Below, one piece after another: positions 51,470 to 59,515 of a stretch of DNA of 64,000 bases (positions within the stretch are counted from its first letter, which is position 1; every line of letters starts with the position of its first letter). The stretch covers positions 2,914,001-2,978,000 of the forward strand of contig NC_045723.1 of the NCBI RefSeq assembly GCF_009834535.1. Reading direction: 5' to 3'. The stretch is from Camelus ferus. Its lineage: Eukaryota. Made by a program: the position numbers and the translations under genes. Below the pieces are notes generated by a model. The model saw nothing but the letters and a program-made list of their open reading frames with translations. It had not been told where the DNA came from and made no database searches.

Positions 51470-51958
51470 GTGAGTGCTCTGGCTTGGGCCCCGCCTGCTC
51501 ACTGTCACTGCTGTCGCTGTCCCTGGGGTGGTGCTGACGGTTGTAAAGGACAGACCTCTGCGTGGAGGGGGTGGGGTAGTGCAGCCCGCGTCTCCATTGC
51601 CGCATCTTCATACTCTGCCAAAATGACCATCAGTCCTCTCCAGAGCTGCGATGGGACGGGACGGTCAAGAAATTGTAGGAGGAATAACAGCAGCAGGAGG
51701 TTGGCCTCTGAATTCTCGCTTACTTGGCCTCCCGACCTATAAATTAGACCACGAAGTGGCTGGGGGCCAATGTCCGGTCCCTCCACCTCCCAGGTCAGAC
51801 AGTGACTGAGGGCAACGTTTTCCTGGTTTCTGAGAAGCCCCCGGGTCTCAGCTGGAGCTTTCCTGGTGTGCACTTGTTTCCTTCTCAGCTGAATTTTTCT
51901 GCAAAGATCTGCTCCAAAAAAAGTATTCTTATTGCAGAAAATGATTACTGTTTTCAGC

Positions 51959-52378
51959 TTTTACAGAATTATGACAGAAAAATATGATCCCACTGTGATT
52001 ACGTCTTCATTCTCAGGAAAACCAGATTAGACATCCAAGGTGTCATAACAGATATTTTAACATAATAGATTCCAAAGTTTGCTTTCACTTGTCTTCATTC
52101 CGGCTTCAGTCTGACAAGCGTCCTAACCATTCTTTAAAACAGCGGTCAGTGACTGCCTTAGGCTTTGCGGGCCGTTTATTTCCGGGGCAGCCTGTTCAGC
52201 TGCGCTGTGTGGTGTGCGGGGAGCAGAGTAACAGCTCTGGTAACAGCAAACCTGGACTTACAGAAGCAGGGCTGGATTTAGAATGTCAGACCCATCTGCT
52301 CAGACCGAGGGGGCTATGTGAATGAAATATTTTTTAAATTAAATAAAGTGAAAGAAGTCTATGGTCCAGCCCGTTTCT
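51959..52378 (+). repeat. Copy 2 of the ~430 bp intragenic direct duplication (last TMEM131 intron)
   Basis: Shares ttttaca[a/g]aattatgacagaaaaatatgatcccactgtg... through ...ggtccagcccgtttct with copy 1. Confidence 0.95.
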
Positions 52379-52455
52379 AATGTAACCTTCCCCACTTACC
52401 ATCTGCCTGCCTCTCACCCGTGACGCCCCACGTTGTGTGTTTTCTGTTCCGTCAG

Positions 52456-52740
52456 TCCATCCTTGGCAACACCAGCGGCCTGTGGTCCACCACACCCTTC
52501 AGCAGCTCCATCTGGTCCAGCAACCTGAACAGCACCCTTCCCTTCCCCAGCCCGACCACCTCGCTGACCAGCATCGGCCTCCCGGGCCCCGAGAGCCCCT
52601 CTGCCCCGCACACAGCCGCCGTCCCCAGTGCCACTGCCGACCTGGGGCAGACCTACAACCCGTGGCGGATCTGGGGCCCCACCATCGGAAGGAGAAGCTC
52701 CGACCCTTGGTCAAATTCGCACTTCCCTCATGAGAATTGA
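52456..52740 (+). CDS. TMEM131: TMEM131 last coding exon: SILGNTSGLWSTTPFSSSIW...GRRSSDPWSNSHFPHEN*
   Basis: ttccgtcag|tcc; 95 codons ending in TGA at 52738-52740; the C-terminus SDPWSNSHFPHEN matches TMEM131 as recalled. Confidence 0.97.
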   Translation, partial: SILGNTSGLWSTTPFSSSIWSSNLNSTLPFPSPTTSLTSIGLPGPESPSAPHTAAVPSATADLGQTYNPWRIWGPTIGRRSSDPWSNSHFPHEN

Positions 52741-53512
52741 AATTAGGCCAAAAAAAAAAAAGTGGGGGCCCCTTGTCCAGATCATGATACGCCAGTTTCT
52801 GAGACATCATCTTTTTAAGGCTCTTGCCGCCGTAGACGCCCACTCCCCCCCCCATCTTTGCAGAACAGGCTCAAGCAGGGCAGGCTTGTACCACTCGCTT
52901 CTTTCAGATCTTTCTTGCAATTATGATAATATGAGATTTGCTGTTGTGCTTTTAGAGAAAAGTCTGGACTCAGCCACAAACTCCAGTAAGACCTGTACAT
53001 CTGAAAACCTTAACTGTTACCAAGTTTCCACCACCTGTCTTCTTCCATTCTTTATTTATCTGTATGAACACAAATTTGACATTACAGCTAAGGAAGTAAC
53101 TTGAGTTGATTCAGAAGTCCTGGCATGTGACAATTTTATTAAATTACCAAGTTTGGGTTTTAATAATTTCGCAATATTAAGCACCAAGATCTAATTTTAA
53201 AGACGTATGAGGACTTTGTGCTGAAAAATACAGAGTATTTTTTTAAAATAAGGCTGTCTTGGTTTAAAAGCAGATTACAGAAATGTAAGTCAACTTTAAG
53301 ACCAGTGAATGAATGTGCAAACATTCGGTTGAGACCACATGCATTTTCTGTGCTGTTTGTATTTGAGGTATGTATCATTTGTATACCTGAATTTATTTTA
53401 AAGATAAACTGAAATGCACATAACCAAGTCTTGAGATACAAGATTGAATGTGTATTTCTTAAAAATACAACTTTGTGTTGTACTTTGAAATAAATGATGC
53501 TTTTTTCAAAAG
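52741..53512 (+). other. TMEM131: TMEM131 3' UTR (end approximate)
   Basis: Lies between the stop codon and the AATAAA at 53489; AT-rich, followed by a GU/U-rich downstream element. Confidence 0.75.
53489..53494 (+). terminator. Polyadenylation signal AATAAA of TMEM131
   Basis: tactttgAAATAAAtgatgc, followed by gtgtctttttttt downstream. Confidence 0.8.
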
Positions 53513-54684
53513 CCTTGAATTGTTACGTGTCTTTTTTTTCTCTTTTACATACAAAATGCACGTGAGGAGTCTCCCACACCAAAGTGAGCCACTCTATCGT
53601 TGCCTGACTCTGTGGAGTTTGACTTGTGGCTGGAACCCCTGCAGTCTCATTAAATTCTGGGTGTTTCCATAGTAGTCACTAAGGGCCCTTAAAAAAAGTT
53701 CACACATCTGAAATTTATTTTTCCTTTTAAAAAGATGTGTGTTGACCCTTTTCCAGTTTTAAAACCCCCACAACTCCGGCAAATGGTGCCTGTAGAGCCG
53801 CAGAGATACCAGGCGAGTTCCATGGGCCCAGATGCTTCACTGCGGAATCTTTCAGAAAGTACTGCCTGCTCCAGCTTGCTTTTCTCATCCACCTTTTTCC
53901 AGCCTATTTTAAAGCCAGCCTTTGCTGGGTAACCAGAGACACTAAACATAAATGTTCTGTTTGGGGCCAGTTACATCACGAAGCCATATCCACAAAGGTC
54001 AGAGTGGTTTAGTTAAGCATCACACGGAGTGATTTTGAGTCTGACCTGTTTGCTTTGTACCAGGCTCAGCAGAACTGGCCCCATCGCTGTCCCAGTGATG
54101 CTCTGACACGTGGGACCCCAGCTTCCTGTCCAGTCAGAGCTCTGGTGCTCTGGCCTCATGGCAGACCCGGACCGCGTGTGGTCTCATTAGCTGGGTCTCC
54201 TGGGTGCAGCTGCAAAACTGAGACGTATTTAAGGCTTGGGATTCGCTTTCTACACCAAAGTAATTACTAAGGTGTTACAAAGCTATTGAACAGCTGAGGT
54301 TCATACCTACCCTCGTTAACAAAAGAAGAGGTTTTCTTGGCAAACTCTACCCCAGTAAGGGTGTCTCAGGGATCCTACACTTGCTCCTTCATAAGAATCA
54401 CCTGAAATTCCCAAACGCCTTCCTACTTTCACTCCATGGGACCCTCATACAAGGGCTTGAGAAACACCGTACACTTGAAAAGAGGGAAAAATACAAATGG
54501 GCTTCTGCTGTCACCTGGGTTTTCCAGATGATTCTTAGGGTGGGTATTTCGGAAGCAACATCCTCACCAACCAAACCCAAGCCTTGATGGGCTTCAACCG
54601 AACACTTCACAGTGAAACACTGGTTAGCAGAATAGTTTGCTTTATACTAGGCCAAGGTTGAATTCAAAAGTTATATAAAAAATA

Positions 54685-55312
54685 CTTAGCCATATGATTC
54701 AGGAATCTCACTCCTGGGCCTATATCTGGCGGGAGCTCCAATTCGAAAAGATACATGCACCCCAGTGTTCACAGCAGCACTATGTNNNNNNNNNNNNNNN
54801 NNNNNNNNNNNNNNNNNNNNNNNNNNNNNNNNNNNNNNNNNNNNNNNNNNNNNNNNNNNNNNNNNNNNNNNNNNNNNNNNNNNNNNNNNNNNNNNNNNNN
54901 NNNNNNNNNNNNNNNNNNNNNNNNNNNNNNNNNNNNNNNNNNNNNNNNNNNNNNNNNNNNNNNNNNNNAAATACCATATGATACCACTCATATGTGGAAT
55001 CTAAAAGAAAAAAGGACACTATGAACTCATCTACAAAACAAACACTCAAAGACATAGTAAACAATCATGGTTGCCAGGGAAAGGGGGTGGGAAGGGGTAA
55101 ATTTGGAAGTTTGAGATTTACAAATGTTAGCCACTATACTGTATTCAGTATCTTGTAATAACCTTTAATGAAAAAATATGAAAATGAATGTTATGCACAT
55201 GCATGACTGGGACATTGTGCTGAACGCCAGAAACTGACACATTATAACTGATGGTACTTCAATTTATATATATATAAAATAAAAAAGAATGAAGATTTTA
55301 AAAAAGGAAAAA
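54685..55312 (+). mobile_element. 5'-truncated L1 (end of ORF2, 3' UTR and A-rich tail), spanning an N gap
   Basis: ccatatgattcaggaatctcactcctggg...ttcgaaaagatacatgcaccccagtgttcacagcagcacta ... aaataccatatgataccactcatatgtggaatctaaaa ... ataactgatggtacttcaat, then an A-rich tail. Confidence 0.85.
54786..54968. other. Assembly gap (183 N) within L1
   Basis: Direct reading. Confidence 0.99.
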
Positions 55313-56146
55313 TAAAACAGCTTAGAACCTTCTTAGGACTGGCTGGGTTTTGTAGGATTTGGGTCCCTGGATTTGGTCTTGGCAAAACCACTGTATGAAG
55401 CCTTGAAGGGACCAGACACGGAACCTCTAGATTTGACAGGAAATTTACACTCTTTTGTGGCTAGGATTATTCAACACATTTCTACTGCCCTAGGTATCTG
55501 TTCCCATCTCCACGCTGCCTGGAGGCCTCAATCATCAGGGGAAGTAGAAAGGGCAAATCAAACCTTAAAAAGAATCCTGGCTAAGCTTTGTCAAGAAACA
55601 TCAGAACCCTGGACAAAGCTTGTACCCACAGCCCTCCTGAGAATCAGGGTGGCACCTAAAACGGGGCTAAGGCTCAGCCCCCTTGAAACGACTTATGGGT
55701 AGACCCTTTTTATTCTCTGATATATTGGTGGACTCTGAAACCACTGAACTTGTTAAATATCTAATCTGGGACAAATTCAAAAGGCGATTACAGAATAGGG
55801 AAGTCAGGTTTTACCAAGCCATGGTCAGGAAACAGGTTCCATTCAAGTTCAACTGGGAGACTTCACCGTCCTAAAAACATGGAGAGAAGGGTCTCCCTCT
55901 GACCGACAATTGCCCAAGTGAAAGGGGTCTTACCAGGTCCTTCTCAGCCCTCCTACTGCAGCAAAGTTACAGGGGATCACTAAATGGGTGGCTCTTTCTA
56001 GAATTAAACCTCCCCCTCCCCCTGAGTCTTCACGGGAGACAGAGGACCTTGGACAGCCAGAGGAGCCCTGGTGGTCAAGCAAGCCTCTTCAAGATCTGAA
56101 TCTCTTATTCAAGAAGGACAAAGGCACCTCGCAGATCCCAGGCTGA
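55313..56146 (+). pseudogene. Class I (gamma-like) ERV pol remnant: RT thumb/connection joined directly to integrase core and C-terminus; frameshifted
   Basis: KQLRTFLGLAGFCRIWVPGFG / AKPLYEALKG, then SFVARIIQHIS...LHAAWRPQSSGEVERANQTLKRILAKLCQET...LLRIRVAPK...LSPLETTYG-RPF...KGSYQVLL...PLQDLNLLFKK; stop TGA at 56144-56146. Confidence 0.92.
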
Positions 56147-56338
56147 GTGCCAACAGCCACTATCTCCCCTTGCGCCTGCCGTTACCCTCGTCCACCCACA
56201 CCCCTTAACACGCTCTGGTGGATCTGGGTACTCGCTGTCCTCCTTGCCATCCTGCTCGCTCTCACGATCTTTTCTGAGTGCTGCTTTAACCCTGCACCCA
56301 CACTGGAAAGGGAACCCCTCTGTCCGTGCTGGGTTTAA
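56147..56338 (+). other. 63-codon open frame between pol and env encoding one hydrophobic segment (GTG start, no ATG)
   Basis: VPTATISPCACRYPRPPTPLNTLWWIWVLAVLLAILLALTIFSECCFNPAPTLEREPLCPCWV*; in frame with integrase, directly after its stop. Confidence 0.5.
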
Positions 56339-56412
56339 CAGGACCCGCTCAAAATCTAAAAGATACACCCAGCCTCTATTCTCTCTTTTTTTTTTCCCTC
56401 TCCTCCCAAAGG

Positions 56413-57444
56413 ATGCTACGGACCCTACCTCCACCCTTACTTATTCTTGTCTTATTTATCCAATCTCTTTGGTCTCAAGACTTAACATGGAAAGAGAACA
56501 TAACAGTCACTAATTCTTGAAATATTGCTAAAGGAGAAAACCTCTCTGCTGGACTGGCCATCCCCAACCCACCACCCCAGGAGACGTAAGCCCCGCCCTC
56601 CAGGCCACCCAGGCACCAACCGGGACACTCGACTTGGATTTTAACCAATCTGTTAATTACTCTAGACAAGATTTTTCTTTAATTGTAACATGGGAGAGGC
56701 CCCCTCTGCTCTGTTACCACATCACACCTCCCTACTTAAAGGCTATAAATGTCACCAAAACCTCCCCTATCTGCAATCAGACTCTAGGCTGCACCCCCGT
56801 TACAGTGATGCCCACAAGGGGAATACAGACCGCTTTCCAGTCCTCGAGGTTCTAACAGAAACCTAAGGCTGCCCCTGGGTATCTGCACCTATAAATTGGA
56901 GGGATAAAGTGGGCCAGCTTCTTTACACATCAGCCTGCACCCCTAAGAACACACACGTGTGCTATGACAATTCACTAACTAATGCCAGCAGAACTTCCTG
57001 CGCCAGATATCATATCAGATACCCGCTTGCTGTGACCCTGCCTGACGACAGACCCCTCCTGGATACTCCAAACCAGAAACCAAACCCAAAATTCAGATGG
57101 GACCTCTCCGCAACCATCTCCCACCTCCCAAAACTTTCTTCCAGCTGTATAACCAAGCCAACCACACAGTTTAACCAGCACCACCTGGATTATCATGGCT
57201 CTGTGGGGCCCCAGATAACTACCTCGCAATGACCAAAGCCATTGCCCTCTCACATCTAGACAGCACATGTCACTCCGGGGGCCGCACCCGGGGAACTGTG
57301 GCTCCAGCCCAAATAACCATCCTCAGTGTGACCCACGTGAGGCAAAAAGGGCCTTTGGTCAGGTACTAGCGGGAATTACAGGGACCGTAGCTGCAGCTGC
57401 CCCTTGGGGAGTATTTTACAAATACAAAATATTAACTTTAAAAA
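56413..57444 (+). pseudogene. Disrupted ERV env (signal peptide, SU, furin site, fusion peptide); ERV-V/PABL-like; TM truncated
   Basis: MLRTLPPPLLILVLFIQSLWSQDLTWKEN...*NIAKGENLS/CWTGHP ... LDLDFNQS ... KRAFGQVLAGITGTVAAAAPWGVFY; compare ERVV-1 WNEN...IASGNHLSNCWICH ... RQKRALGLILAGMGAAIGMIAPWGGFTY (recalled). Contains several stops and frameshifts. Confidence 0.8.
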
Positions 57445-57520
57445 TTGTGAACCACTATATTGTACACCTATAACTTATATAATGTATGTCAACTACACTT
57501 TAATTAAAAAAAATTAAAAA
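57445..57520 (+). mobile_element. Very short L1 3' terminus with A tail
   Basis: ttgtgaaccactatattgtacacctataacttatataatgtatgtcaactacactttaattaaaaaaa matches L1MA-type 3' ends. Confidence 0.75.
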
Positions 57521-59370
57521 TTATAAAACCCATGCTAGGAAGGATGCAGCCATGGGAGGGGTGGGGGGCCAGTGAGTTGCTTCCTAGCAGAGCAACCAGG
57601 AAATACAGAAGAAAAGGCCACTTGTCCCACACAAGGGCCACCACTCCAGGATTCCCATTATCCCTTCGCTGGCTTCAGGAGCCCCCCACAAACACAATGT
57701 TCCAGCCCCTCAAAACTTCTTTTGATTTCCAAAAGGATGTTCTCTCACGTCCACATGCTGTTCCTTCTGCATGGAATGTTCCTTCCTCACCTCTTCCATG
57801 GCCAAATCTTACTCATCCTGTGGAGGACTCAGCTTAGATGTTACTTCCTACAGGAAGCCCACCAGATTGACCCCCTCTAAGCTAGGTCAGGAGCCCCTTC
57901 TGGACTGCCAGGGCCCCGTGGGCTTCCACCATCACAGGAGAGATTACTCTGAGTCTGTGTTCCCCATGACACGCATCTCCAGAATAAGCACATGAGAAAC
58001 AGAGGAGGAGGGAGATGCTTGGAGGAAGAGGTGAGTTCTGTGTGGTCTTGGGACCATGGAGAGAAGCTGGAGGTCCAGGTTGAGGTCAGCATTTGAAAAA
58101 ACGTTCTAAGAATTTTAGCTCACAAACCAGCCTGGGTTGCCTTGGTAGGTAATGAGCTGCTCATCACAGGAAGTTATGCAAGGAGATGTAAGAAACTGCT
58201 TCCGTCAGCTGCTCTCCTCACACTCAGGGAGCCCAGGCCAAGGCCAGCCCTCCCACTAGGCCTCAGTCTGGCGCTATCTACCCCAAGCTGCTCCATGTGC
58301 CTCATGTTCCCTCCTCTTGCTCAGAAGACTACCCAGGGGGACAGGGAGAGGGGGACCACAGGGGCTGTTCCCACAGCAGTGGGCAGCCCAGCTCATTCCT
58401 CAGGAGGCCTCGGGGCCCTGACTGTCACTCTGAGAAGGCTCCTGGCACATGAATGCCTTAGAAAGGGTCTCACCTGGGCTCAGCCAGGGCCACATCCACC
58501 ATGACAGCAGGCGTCACACTGGGCCATGTGCGCGGCAGGGCTGGTCTGTGCACAGAGCCTTGTGTGTTCCCCCCCTGGCGGTTCACTTGGAGTGAAGCCA
58601 AATCCCGCTCTGCCCTGCCTCTCCCCTCCTCTCCCACCCTCGCTCACTCTCTCTGCTTAGCCACACTGGCCTCCTTGTTGCACCTTGGACACCGGGCACG
58701 ACCCCACCTCAGGGCCTTTGCACGGGCTTTTCCCTCTGCCTGAAACCCCCTCCCCTGAGATATCAGCATGGCTGATTCCTTTCCTGATGCCCACAACCCT
58801 CTCTGTCCCCAGGGGAGAGTCCCTGTACCTGCCCAGTCTGTGGCTGAGACCTCCCTGACCCCCATACCCAGGCCTGTCCGAGCCCCCTCGACTTGGCATT
58901 AAAGTTTAAGGGAAGGAGCCTGATCAAGGGGCCTCTGACATACAGCATCCAGCCCTTCTGCCCACATGAACCGATGATTCCAGCCCCAGGGCCAATCTTC
59001 AGGGGAAGGAATCCCATCTCTTCCTCTATGAGCCAGGCCCAGAGCCCCAGGCACCTGCTACAGCTGATAAACACATACAGTAAGTGCTCAACATATGTTT
59101 GAATGAAAGTGAGAAGTGCAGATGAACAGAGAAATGTGGACAGAGAGAGCAAGAAACACAGGAAGAAGGAAAGATGGGCAGAACTTCTCCACTAATTACA
59201 CCCCACACACAACACCCAGACTCCAGCAGATAACAGCCGAGGTCTGTAAGCACTAACCACCTGCAACACACACACACTCCACTAACTCGCAGCTGGAACT
59301 CCCCAGTTGCCATCCCCAGGCCCCAGTCGTCCACTGTGGGGAACAAAGACCCACAGCAACCAGACTCCCA

Positions 59371-59515
59371 AGCCAAGGACAAACAGTGACCTCCCAAAGC
59401 CAAGGACACCACTGACCTCAACAGCCAAGGACAACCAGTGACCTCCCAAAGCCAAGGACACCATGACCTCAACAGCCAAGGACAACCACTGACCTCCCCA
59501 GAGCTAAGGACAAAC
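59371..59515. repeat. Higher-order minisatellite: six 24-28 bp units alternating two types (agccaaggac...tgacctc)
   Basis: Units start at 59371, 59398, 59423, 59450, 59474 and 59502. Confidence 0.9.

Noticed and set aside
56413-57444. Captured functional env (syncytin-like gene)
   Set aside because: It has an in-frame stop at 56518-20, multiple frameshifts, a degraded CxxC and furin site, and no TM ectodomain or anchor.
59371-59515. CRISPR-like repeat-spacer array
   Set aside because: The units are contiguous tandem copies with no unique spacers, in mammalian DNA with no cas genes.
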